DNA from: a virus
Lineage: Duplodnaviria; Caudoviricetes
Virus record (IMG/VR): IMGVR_UViG_2912838376_000002
Span: 160,001-224,000 of that record
DNA length: 64,000 nucleotides
Reading direction: 5' to 3' (one strand)
Shown: positions 27,701-36,048 of the stretch, piece by piece
How the letters are laid out: each line of letters begins with the position of its first letter
How positions within the stretch are numbered: the stretch's first letter is position 1
Notes under the pieces: generated by a model
The model's input: the letters and a program-made list of their open reading frames with translations, nothing else
Told to the model about the DNA's origin: nothing
Database searches by the model: none
Made by a program: the position numbers and the translations under genes

Positions 27701-28906
27701 AGCAACATCCATTACATTGTATCCAGTTGCTTCACCATTTAATTTGTGCTTTTTACCATAAGCGCGCTCATCTTGACCAGTTCCTAAGAAGTAAGTAATT
27801 ACATCTTCTAGAGTTTTGAAACCAACAGCACCATTAGAACGAGCTTGAGACATTGATTTAGCATATGTTTTGTAAGAGAATGTTTCTTCTTCAGATACAA
27901 CAGAACCAATTTCTAATTGACCATCTTCACGGTGTAATACAGATACCTCAGAGAATACCGCTTTTAATACCGCGCCGTTTACTTCTTCACCAAATGGTAG
28001 AGAAGCAGATCCGTCAAATGTACACATTTCATCAAGAACAACTGCTTTTTGTGGTTCTTCAATACGTAGAGTCATACCATCTTTGCTGTACTCTTTAACA
28101 ACATTGATTGTTTGAGTCTTTTTACCTTTAGCCATTGCGAAACGGTAAGCCGCTAAGCTACCAGACATCTTTTGGAATAGAGAGTTAACATTAGTTAGGT
28201 TGCTTACATTAGTATCCTTAGCAATGTAGAAGCGAACACCATCACGTAGAACTACTTTCTTGTTGTCGTCTTTTCCTACTTGAACCATTACATTCTCCAT
28301 TAATTCTTCTACATCGAAGTCTACTAATTTACCTAGTACTTCACCACTAGATACTACATAGATATCACCCATGTTTAATGCTGCCATTAATACAGTCTCA
28401 CGAGTCTTTTTGCCATGTACTTTAGCCTTAGCAGTAAGACGGCCTTTTAAGTTTAACTTCTCTAATGCTTTGAACTCTGCTGATTCCATGAACTTAGGGA
28501 ATAGGCCAGGCATAACTACCATTAAGTAATCGATTACTTGCTTACCAGTAGCAGAAGAGAACTGGATAGATACTTCAGTACCATCTTCTTTAGTTACTAC
28601 GAATTTGTTACGACGAGCATCTACAGTTAATGCAGTTGCATCAGTACCAATGAATTGTGAGAATAATGGAGCCTTTACACCCATACCGAATAATGCTTTA
28701 GCGATTTGTCCTGAAGCGTTTTGTACTACCTGTAAGTTACCTGCTGTGAATACTACTGTTTTGTTTGTCATTTTAATCTCTCCTTTAGTTGTGTTGTTTA
28801 CAGTTGTGTTAGTGTTGTTAGTCATAGTTGTGTTCTCTCCTTTGATTGTGTTAGTTCCTTGAGTTGTTGTAGCTGTAGTAGTGTTAGTCATGATAATTCC
28901 TTTCAT
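24719..28906 (-). CDS. Single-chain two-barrel polymerase of the eukaryotic RdRP (QDE-1/RDR)/YonO family
   Basis: Ordered motifs SMSQAR, KSYKRFMLAGS, LTDGQG, AFQLRISNAVKG, VRFP, AGADHDGD (DxDGD at 26471-26485), LIGVIAN and IDRPKHG. Confidence 0.88.
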   Translation of the reverse strand: MKGIIMTNTTTATTTQGTNTIKGENTTMTNNTNTTVNNTTKGEIKMTNKTVVFTAGNLQVVQNASGQIAKALFGMGVKAPLFSQFIGTDATALTVDARRNKFVVTKEDGTEVSIQFSSATGKQVIDYLMVVMPGLFPKFMESAEFKALEKLNLKGRLTAKAKVHGKKTRETVLMAALNMGDIYVVSSGEVLGKLVDFDVEELMENVMVQVGKDDNKKVVLRDGVRFYIAKDTNVSNLTNVNSLFQKMSGSLAAYRFAMAKGKKTQTINVVKEYSKDGMTLRIEEPQKAVVLDEMCTFDGSASLPFGEEVNGAVLKAVFSEVSVLHREDGQLEIGSVVSEEETFSYKTYAKSMSQARSNGAVGFKTLEDVITYFLGTGQDERAYGKKHKLNGEATGYNVMDVAKSYKRFMLAGSNGLKADKGLLSTFSHNHTVEFFPAGTRNVIGEIKPAYIVVTNNDGEKITIALVDDFTAQIAMDQDFMLNVLNKDNAFVGVEKFNNWDNKDAVKDLLFRNLTDGQGWHNRRVTEGLRSAGVINSFDAFQLRISNAVKGASFEFNPICELFNADIILTDGMVKSEDILADIQENGFQLFVVGQRKDGNDGIWVASQATQQMGLSVEELKQGVTNSVDFVKNSIEEKMTSDILTMLNAAEEEAETEFAAVDYVRLAQEFGDILDEQYIKDEIVGLGVKKLNKLLDSKLFTTQARTRYMFTDVFAIYNAAKDGRYTATKEDAVLGAYEVVAPSKKDDKFFLETGKALSVRFPVTVTHEIPVVTAVQSPEYAEFVEQGLWQGITFFDAFSWVVAQQAGADHDGDTSIIIFDELMVNARIRKEVELYGNQAVLPFVDAYVKYENGVAVEFGTGCPTYVTAAAKAKETKPEAKEVNGFIVQGNNVIFNPEELKGENGTARRHDFLEVVAGLSQQITVDTIEASLIGVIANRAMILTDLLSRSVLNAAQRAEVEADLLALCTAGRWEIDRPKHGGAYLSMPLINKLFANFEGRFFEEAELELTNEAKFALLAEEKGIYAHIFSPIVRQDKMSGQAVITGFEVKKPQWLASQKDEFGVVNNDSAYEFVFNYAEEAIVALCEKFQTGHSNTAKNEIRTRIATHMEVAPQSIDAVKYYVANLYNAYTQKENVRAAAEKDFMMQAEAELKEAGVFRKKNMQSLTKAKKTAKIRANYDATLSQYKMARDLYKAELRKEMYATAKELGLDVRQLVGALYLLVNEAKTNGKAAYRKDGREYRFVASNGFIALPFEVFAEEMNSLISGRVSETYFVPQDITFTLLQSSLVEKVAAPTAVSNQVKVRVMNPVAKVANKTVSVNRNVRVAIKPEQQQDSVRLVMYFLNKDAQVTDAMTVTREDAAYMGFAPTNFSMAGIYEIPVTEIAFGEEGTTAIVRF

Positions 28907-29052
28907 ATGCTCTCATTTAATTGGTCAGGAGCTAGACCTATATTTGTGGGTCGGTAGTAGGGGGTGGGCATCGAAAGTCCACCAAGTACAACCCATATAT
29001 ACCACCTTGCGCCTCAAAAAATTTAAAAAAATCCAGCCTATATAGGGCAACA

Positions 29053-29298
29053 AGTCAGGAAGAAAGAAGGCGGTTATCCGTAGGGCACAGCCCAACAGCG
29101 GACGACTACCTTCTTTTTATTTGTGCCTACAGTCAGGAATGAGCGAGCCGGTGATGAAGCCAATAGTATTTGATTGAGAAAATGTGACAAATTGGTTAGG
29201 TTATGGCTGAAGTCAGGAAAGGAGGGTGAGGACATGGAAGGACTTATGTATGAACGATTTGAACAAGACCTACTTGATCATTGGGTGAAAAGTCAGGA
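29053..29298 (+). repeat. Phased AGTCAGGA repeats
   Basis: Copies at 29053, 29131, 29211 and 29291 (78/80/80 bp apart); further copy at 29911 and variants at 28923 and 29498. Confidence 0.75.
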
Positions 29299-29491
29299 GT
29301 CAGCAAGGGTGGGACTAAAGACCACTGTTGTATGTCTTCAAATGAACAATGGGTTTGAAGTAGTTGGACAATCAGCATGTGTGAATCCAGATGAGTACGA
29401 CTATGAACTTGGTGTCTATTACGCTACTAAAGACGCGCTTAAAAGAATCGCTGACATTGTAGCTTACCTTGAACATGAAGGTACATTTTAG
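29234..29491 (+). CDS. Gp49/Sf6 gp66-family protein (possible nucleotide-sponge anti-defence protein)
   Basis: TTVVCLQMNNGFEVVGQSACVNPDEYDYELG is the family signature. RBS precedes ATG 29234. Confidence 0.75.
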   Translation: MEGLMYERFEQDLLDHWVKSQESARVGLKTTVVCLQMNNGFEVVGQSACVNPDEYDYELGVYYATKDALKRIADIVAYLEHEGTF

Positions 29492-29623
29492 GCATTAAGT
29501 CAGAAGAGAAGAGCGTGGAAAGTAATCAGTGCTCTTACATGTTTTAATCTTTTCAAAATGAACCGCACTTAAAAACCTCGATATAACATCCACTCAAATA
29601 AAACACATACAGGAGGAATCACA

Positions 29624-29896
29624 ATGGATTTCGGACAAGCATTGATCTCATTAAAAGAAGGAAAGAAAGTAGCACGTAATGGTTGGAATGGTAAAGGAAT
29701 GTGGATTGTACTAATGCCTTCATTATTCCTAGAAGCAGGTGTAGTAAATGGACGTACATCTAAACATTTAGGACAAGGTGTAGATTTAGATTCACAACCT
29801 TATATCGCAATGTTCACTGCTGAAAAGAAATGGCAACCAGGTTGGTTAGCAAGTCAAGCAGACCTATTAGCAGAAGACTGGGAAGAAGTAGCTTAA
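29624..29896 (+). CDS. DUF2829 / Thoeris anti-defence 2 (Tad2)-like protein
   Basis: MDFGQAL..LKEGKKVARNGWNGKGMW and WLASQADLLAEDW. Confidence 0.85.
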   Translation: MDFGQALISLKEGKKVARNGWNGKGMWIVLMPSLFLEAGVVNGRTSKHLGQGVDLDSQPYIAMFTAEKKWQPGWLASQADLLAEDWEEVA

Positions 29897-29936
29897 CAAT
29901 AAAGAGAACCAGTCAGGAGAAAAGGAGGGCGGTAAA

Positions 29937-30641
29937 ATGTCTGTAGAAAAACGTATGGAAGAGTTACGTCAAATAGAAGTAGAAACACCTGAACAGTTAA
30001 AGGTAAGAGCTACAAATGAATTAGTGTTACCTTCTACTTGGAAAGTGTCTAATGAGACAAGAGGAATGATCAATCAGTCTATGGAGATATACAATACAAA
30101 ACATGGACTATATGCTTCTGTTCCTATGCTATGCCAAGGTGAGAGTTGCCCTTATGCAAGTGTTTGTCCGTTACTTGATGGAGGAATGGACCCAAGTGGT
30201 TCTCGTTGTCCTCTTGAGATTGGACTTATTATGAAACGTGTAGATGAATACCAAAAGGAATTCCATGTTGCTGATGATGACGTAGTTGATATGAGTTTGA
30301 TTAAGGACTTAGTAGATTACGATGTTCAGTTATTCAGAGCAGAGAACCGAATTGCCATGCAAGGTGACTTCATCGAAGACGTAGTTGTTAGTGTAACGGA
30401 TAACGGTCAGGAGATAACAGCCCCTCAAATATCTAAGGCAGCTGAGTATAAAGAGAAGATTATGACGAAGAAACATAAGGTTCTTCAATTGATGCACTCT
30501 ACTCGTTCTGATAAAGCAGGAGATAAGTTAACTCTTACATTGGACCCAAGTTCTTATGCATCTCAGTTAATGTCTCAAATTGCATCCACTATGGAGCCTG
30601 GACAGATATTTGATGCAGAGTTCGACGAGGTTGGAGAATAG
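29937..30641 (+). CDS. Putative terminase small subunit
   Basis: KHGLYA motif, Cys cluster, helical oligomerisation-type C-half; lies upstream of TerL. Confidence 0.55.
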   Translation: MSVEKRMEELRQIEVETPEQLKVRATNELVLPSTWKVSNETRGMINQSMEIYNTKHGLYASVPMLCQGESCPYASVCPLLDGGMDPSGSRCPLEIGLIMKRVDEYQKEFHVADDDVVDMSLIKDLVDYDVQLFRAENRIAMQGDFIEDVVVSVTDNGQEITAPQISKAAEYKEKIMTKKHKVLQLMHSTRSDKAGDKLTLTLDPSSYASQLMSQIASTMEPGQIFDAEFDEVGE

Positions 30642-30792
30642 TTTTCAGCCTTGGCAAAAAAACTTTTAGAATTGTATTAATCGTGCTGGGGGCGATTTTT
30701 CCCCAGTGCGAGGAATCAATTGTCGAAGACGTTTGATAACGCTCTGGATAGCGGCGCTTAGTCGAATCATTTTTATCATACACGGAAAGTAG

Positions 30793-31377
30793 GTGGTATC
30801 TATGACTGCTAAAGAGCATGTAATTGACACTTTTGCTACCTCTAAGTTTCTACAAAAGAATAGGTCAAAGATTGCAATGGGTGCTGTTGGTTTTGGAATA
30901 GCTAAATCTATTGTCGATGGAGAAGAAGATGATTTGCTTACTTCTGCAGGTAAAGGAATCAAGACAGGGGCTGTAGTTGGTGGTCTAGCTTATGGTGCAG
31001 AACACTTAATGAAAACTCAAACTGTACAAGACCTAGTAAAAGGTGAGATTTCTGATGTAGGAAAAGAAGCTATTAAGAAAGTGAGCAAGGGAAGTAAGAT
31101 GCTTTTTTCAGGTAATAAGCTTGGTACTGCTATGAAAATGGGTATGTACGCTGTTGGTGCTGCTACTGTTTTAGATGCAGGACAACGCATGGGTGAAAAC
31201 CGTGAAGCAGAAAAGATTAAGAAAGAGCAAGAATATCGTCTTAAACAAAAAATGAAGAAACAGAAGGATAAGAATAAGAAGTATTCATATGGAAACATAA
31301 ATCAAGGAGAAGTCGTATTTGACCTATTTGAAGCAAGAACAGGTCATCACAAAATGGGCAACGCTAAATTCAATTAA
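30793..31377 (+). CDS. G/A-rich basic protein, probably virion or membrane associated
   Basis: GxxxG hydrophobic segments and basic C-terminus. Confidence 0.6.
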   Translation: MVSMTAKEHVIDTFATSKFLQKNRSKIAMGAVGFGIAKSIVDGEEDDLLTSAGKGIKTGAVVGGLAYGAEHLMKTQTVQDLVKGEISDVGKEAIKKVSKGSKMLFSGNKLGTAMKMGMYAVGAATVLDAGQRMGENREAEKIKKEQEYRLKQKMKKQKDKNKKYSYGNINQGEVVFDLFEARTGHHKMGNAKFN

Positions 31378-31390
31378 GGCGGTGTAGTTT

Positions 31391-32227
31391 ATGGCAAGAT
31401 GGCATAAAAGCGCAGAAAGAGTAATGAATGCAGTTAGTAGGAAGATTAATAATAGTCCTGAACTGCTAGAGCGTATGACATCACCAGTTAAAGGTGTTAC
31501 TAGAACAATAGAAGGTCCTATTGCGCGAACTCCTAATTTTGTTCCTTCTAGCTCAACAAACTTGATGGACAACATGATCTCTAAGGCTACTGCGCCTAGA
31601 GATAAGATTCGTGCAACAAGGGCACAAGCAAGAGCAGGACAAGGTTCTAAAAATAAAGGAAGTCTTAGAGATGCAAGCCCAGAACAAATTAGAACTAGGA
31701 AAGAAGCAGCAAGAAGAAGTAAGTCAGCAAGAGAGACAAGAAAAAGAGTAGCAGGTTCACAAGAAGCTCTAAATGGTGCTACTCCAAATGATAAATTTCT
31801 TGGCCGTATAGGTGCTACTGCAAAAACCTTATTCGGTTCAGGTATGGAGAATCTCAGAGCAGAAGGTAATTTAAGAAAAGCAGGTATAGGTGCTTTCCAA
31901 TCATCAGTTGCTTCAGCAGCTGTAAGTGGTGGTATTGGTTATTTACAAGGAGATGATCCTTGGGAAGCAGCTAAAACTGGTGCAATACGAGGTGCTTTTG
32001 CAGGTGCAGGATACCAAGGTCTAAAGGCTGCTACACACGCCAATAAAGGCTCTATAAAGGGAAATCTTAAACACATAGGTTCTACTACTAAACAAGTTTA
32101 CCAAGCTTATACGCCAGCAGGAAACGCTGCTATGAGGCAGAATGGCGTGTCCAACCAATTAAAACGTGTACTAGAAGCAAATCAGATGACCCAAAGAACA
32201 AATAACATATTCGGATTTAATAAGTAG
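31391..32227 (+). CDS. R/G/A-rich basic protein
   Basis: Arg-rich N-half and glycine-zipper-like C-half. Confidence 0.65.
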   Translation: MARWHKSAERVMNAVSRKINNSPELLERMTSPVKGVTRTIEGPIARTPNFVPSSSTNLMDNMISKATAPRDKIRATRAQARAGQGSKNKGSLRDASPEQIRTRKEAARRSKSARETRKRVAGSQEALNGATPNDKFLGRIGATAKTLFGSGMENLRAEGNLRKAGIGAFQSSVASAAVSGGIGYLQGDDPWEAAKTGAIRGAFAGAGYQGLKAATHANKGSIKGNLKHIGSTTKQVYQAYTPAGNAAMRQNGVSNQLKRVLEANQMTQRTNNIFGFNK

Positions 32228-32237
32228 GAGGTAGACA

Positions 32238-32684
32238 ATGGCTATTTTAAATTCAGTCAAAAACCTTGCTAAGATAGGCGTTCAGAATACAAAAATCGGC
32301 ACAAAGATGGCTGCCAGTAGTGTTAAAAACAGCCCGAAAACAATTGCCAGTGGAGTTAAGAACGCGCCGAAGAATATTGTTAAGAGCACCTTTGTGGATA
32401 CAAAGGACAAAGAAAAGAAGTTAAGTAATTTCTACACCGGTAAAAAATTAAATCCAAAACATGTTATGGCTGTCGGTGGAGGTTATCTTGCTATTAATCA
32501 AGCTAAGTTAGGTTTTGAGCACAAGACAGTAGAACCTCTTAGACTAGCAACTATGAATAACTATCAGGAGATTGGTGCGCCGGACATCATGATGTATGAC
32601 GGCGTAGGACAAGAGCGTGCTCCTAAGAACCTAAACGCAGATGGTAGCATTGTATTTGGTCTTCACAATAATAGAAGGGGGTAA
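32238..32684 (+). CDS. Basic hypothetical protein
   Basis: AGGAGG RBS; internal repeat ASSVKNSPK/ASGVKNAPK. Confidence 0.65.
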   Translation: MAILNSVKNLAKIGVQNTKIGTKMAASSVKNSPKTIASGVKNAPKNIVKSTFVDTKDKEKKLSNFYTGKKLNPKHVMAVGGGYLAINQAKLGFEHKTVEPLRLATMNNYQEIGAPDIMMYDGVGQERAPKNLNADGSIVFGLHNNRRG

Positions 32685-32689
32685 TTTAG

Positions 32690-33136
32690 ATGTCACTAAA
32701 AGCAGTTTCTAGTGTATTAAAGTCAGTGGGATCTAGGGGTGGTAAGAAACTTGCTACAGCTGGTGGTCTTGCATTCGGAGCCGATACTGCAATGAACTTA
32801 TATGGTGGCGATGACTTAGGTACATCTGTATTAAAAGCTGGTGTTACGGGTGCTTTAGCTGCTTCAAACCCTCTATTATTCGGGGGAATAACTGTTGCAA
32901 GCATGGCACAAGAGGGCTATTGGGGCATACAGCAATTTAATCACCAAAAGAAACAATGGTGGAATGCACAGTATGCAACAAATAACGTAGTTGGTGGTAA
33001 CTATGTGGATACACAAAGAGCCCAAACTATGAGACAGGCAGCTGTACAAGCCATTCAAGGAAGTAAGATGAACGCAAGGAGTGCGCTTGGCGGAGAAGCT
33101 AAGATATTAAACCCTTACGCATCTAGAAGATATTAA
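32690..33136 (+). CDS. G/A-rich hydrophobic protein
   Basis: Glycine-rich hydrophobic hairpin. Confidence 0.65.
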   Translation: MSLKAVSSVLKSVGSRGGKKLATAGGLAFGADTAMNLYGGDDLGTSVLKAGVTGALAASNPLLFGGITVASMAQEGYWGIQQFNHQKKQWWNAQYATNNVVGGNYVDTQRAQTMRQAAVQAIQGSKMNARSALGGEAKILNPYASRRY

Positions 33137-33151
33137 AAGGAGAATAGAAGT

Positions 33152-36046
33152 ATGAGCAAATTTACTAAGTATGACCAGGAGATGCTCGAAATTATTCGTG
33201 ACCCTGTTAAGTGGACAGAGCATCACTTAGGGGAAAAACCACGTTGGTATCAAGAGCAAATCCTTCGACATCCGCATCATCGTAAAGTTTTACGTTGTGG
33301 TCGTCGTATCGGTAAATGTATAGAAGAAAATCAACGAATCATCAACCCGAATACGGGAGAATACCAATCGGTAGGAGAGCTTTACAATGCTCAAGTTAAT
33401 GGTAGCGCTACACCGCTGCTAACACTAAATGAATCCTATCAGTTAGAAAATAGTGAAGCATTCTTTATTGAAGATAATGGTGTAAAAGATACATTCGCTG
33501 TTGTAACAAAGCATGGAGCACGAGTTGTTCTTACAGGAAACCATCCAGTATTAACAGTAGACGGATGGAAAGAAGTAGATGCACTTCGCATCGGTGAAAG
33601 TATTGCTACGCCTAAATTCTTACCTGTATACGGAACAAAACAAGTCGATAAAAACAAGCTCCGTATCCTTGCGTACATGCTCGCTGCGGGCCGTTTTAAC
33701 AAGGATAGTATTAGCTTCCAGGCACGTTATGAAGGCGTCAGAGAGACGTTACAGGAGTCCTGTGAGGCACTTGGTATTAGAACATATCGTGAGCGTCATA
33801 AGAAGGCGACAATCTACTTAATGAACTTTAGTAACTTCGAGTTTTACAGAGAAATAGAAGCGAAAAAGATTCCTTCATTTATCTACGAGTTAGATAGAGA
33901 ACACTTAGCATTCTTCTTAGGAAGTCTGTATTCTGCAGGTGGTTGGTTCTTTGCTGGCCGTATCTGTGAAATCGGATATGCTACGAAACATCGTCAATTC
34001 GCATTAGACTTAAAACACTTACTTCTACGTTTTGGTATCCAAGCGAATTTACTTCAAAAAGAAATGAACGATTCTGTTTATTACCACCTTATGATTTACC
34101 ACCGTTCCTCAATTTTATTATTCCTCGAACATTTAGCTACACCAGAGCGCAATTATGAAGAAATTCAACAACGCGCACTTGAAATGAACTCTTCTGAACC
34201 AACACTCCCTAAAGAAGTATGGAAATACATTGAAGAAGAACGAATTGCTAAAGGAATCAAGAAAGCTGAAGTAGTAGGAAAGGGTAACCGCCGCTACCGT
34301 ACAGAAAAAGGTATCTCTTTAAGTAACGCTCGTGTATATGCAGAGAACTTACAGTCTGCAATGTTACATGACTTAATTAACTCTCATGTATTATGGGAGG
34401 AAGTAGTGGAGATCATTCCTTTAGGTAAGAGACAAACTTATGATGTTTTCGTTCCAGAGACTCATAACTTAGTAGTTGAAGATATCCTTGTACATAACAC
34501 ATGGACAATGTGTGCTCATATGTTGTGGGTAGCATTCACATGTAACGGTGGAACAAGAATGGCAAAAGGAGCAGCTTGTGTTGTTGCGACCCCTTATGAT
34601 AACCAAGCACGATTAATCTTCGACCAATTAAAAACCTTCATTGATAATAACCCCGTATTACAAGAATCAATTTCTTCTATTACTAAAAACCCATATGTAA
34701 TTCAATTCAAAAACAAATCCGTTATTCGACTATTTACAGCCGGTACTCGTTCTGGTTCAGAGGGTGGATCTCTTCGTGGACAACGTGCCGATTGGTTGTA
34801 TATGGACGAGGTTGACTACATGGGCGATAAAGATTTCGAATCTATTTTTGCCATCGTCAACGAAGCTCCTGACCGTATTGGATGTATGATTGCATCAACT
34901 CCAACAGGTCGAAGAGGGATGTTCTACAAAACATGTACTCAAATGAAATTGAATCAGGAAGTGGAAATGGATGAAAACAACCGCTTCAATATGAAAACAT
35001 ACAACCGTAAGGAATCTGAAGGTTGGGCGGAGTTCTACTTCCCGACAATGGTTAACCCTGAGTGGGGACCTAAGATGGAACGTGAGTTACGAAAACTATT
35101 CTCAGAAGCTGCTTATGAGCATGAGGTACTTGCAGAGTTTGGTACAGAGATGGTTGGGGTGTTCAACAAGGATTACGTTGACGAAGCTTCAAGCATTGGT
35201 TACAACTACACTACATCACCTACTCATAATGGTCCTATTGCAATAGGTATTGACTGGGATAAAGCAGGAGCAGCTACTCAAATTGTTGTTACTCAATACA
35301 ATCCATTTGAGGTTCGTCGTCCAAGACCAGAACTTGGAGAAACAGAGCCATCATTTGGACGATTCCAAGTTATTAACCGTATTGAAATCCCTAAAGGGGA
35401 ATTTACATACGATATTGCAGTTAAGAAGATTATTGAGCTAGATAGTGTTTATAATCCATTTGGTATCTATGCTGATGCCGGAGCTGGGGAATACCAAATC
35501 GAATTACTACGTAAAACACTAGGCGATAAAGTTAAACGTGTTCACTTAGGTAGTTCTCAAATGGTAAGAGACCCACACAGTAGAGAATTTGAGAAGAAAC
35601 CATTAAAAGCATTTATCGTTGACCAAACGAAATTAATGTTAGAACGTGGACAACTTCGAATTCCTCATCGTGAAAAAGATGAAACATTAGCAAGACAAAT
35701 GACAAACTATCAAGTAACTCGTTACAGTCCAAAAACTGGTGAACCTACTTTCACAGATGTAGATGAGCATGCTTTAGATGGATTGATGTTTGGATTACTA
35801 GGATTCATTAATGAAAAACCGGAATTAGCTGCAACTGTTATCAATAAGCCCAATGCTAAAACAATAGCGAAGGTGAAGAAAACATTTACTGATCCGTTTA
35901 AACAACAGGAACGTGCAACTAGTTCTAGTGATTCAGAGCTAAGACAGAAATCAAAAACAACAAAAGTAAGACAAAGAGCTACCCAAGGTTTTGGTTGGGG
36001 TAGACGTGGCACTAACATGAATATGCCTTCCCGCGGAGGGTGGTAA
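33152..36046 (+). CDS. terL: Terminase large subunit with intein
   Basis: Q motif WYQ, Walker A GRRIGK|T split by the intein, LRG...YMDE Walker B, ASTP coupling motif, RNase H-like GIDWD...DEHALD nuclease. Confidence 0.92.
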   Translation: MSKFTKYDQEMLEIIRDPVKWTEHHLGEKPRWYQEQILRHPHHRKVLRCGRRIGKCIEENQRIINPNTGEYQSVGELYNAQVNGSATPLLTLNESYQLENSEAFFIEDNGVKDTFAVVTKHGARVVLTGNHPVLTVDGWKEVDALRIGESIATPKFLPVYGTKQVDKNKLRILAYMLAAGRFNKDSISFQARYEGVRETLQESCEALGIRTYRERHKKATIYLMNFSNFEFYREIEAKKIPSFIYELDREHLAFFLGSLYSAGGWFFAGRICEIGYATKHRQFALDLKHLLLRFGIQANLLQKEMNDSVYYHLMIYHRSSILLFLEHLATPERNYEEIQQRALEMNSSEPTLPKEVWKYIEEERIAKGIKKAEVVGKGNRRYRTEKGISLSNARVYAENLQSAMLHDLINSHVLWEEVVEIIPLGKRQTYDVFVPETHNLVVEDILVHNTWTMCAHMLWVAFTCNGGTRMAKGAACVVATPYDNQARLIFDQLKTFIDNNPVLQESISSITKNPYVIQFKNKSVIRLFTAGTRSGSEGGSLRGQRADWLYMDEVDYMGDKDFESIFAIVNEAPDRIGCMIASTPTGRRGMFYKTCTQMKLNQEVEMDENNRFNMKTYNRKESEGWAEFYFPTMVNPEWGPKMERELRKLFSEAAYEHEVLAEFGTEMVGVFNKDYVDEASSIGYNYTTSPTHNGPIAIGIDWDKAGAATQIVVTQYNPFEVRRPRPELGETEPSFGRFQVINRIEIPKGEFTYDIAVKKIIELDSVYNPFGIYADAGAGEYQIELLRKTLGDKVKRVHLGSSQMVRDPHSREFEKKPLKAFIVDQTKLMLERGQLRIPHREKDETLARQMTNYQVTRYSPKTGEPTFTDVDEHALDGLMFGLLGFINEKPELAATVINKPNAKTIAKVKKTFTDPFKQQERATSSSDSELRQKSKTTKVRQRATQGFGWGRRGTNMNMPSRGGW
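33317..34498 (+). mobile_element. 394-aa intein with degenerate LAGLIDADG domain
   Basis: Starts CIEENQ, block B TGNHPV, ends YDVFVPETHNLVVEDILVHN followed by Thr; inserted in the Walker A motif. Confidence 0.92.
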
Positions 36047-36048
36047 TA

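Noticed and set aside
24795-28862. Plus-strand ORFs antisense to the polymerase gene
   Set aside because: Typical antisense shadows of a codon-biased gene.
29053-29298. Phased AGTCAGGA boxes as a CRISPR array
   Set aside because: The repeat is only 8 bp, non-palindromic, with ~72-bp spacers and no cas genes.
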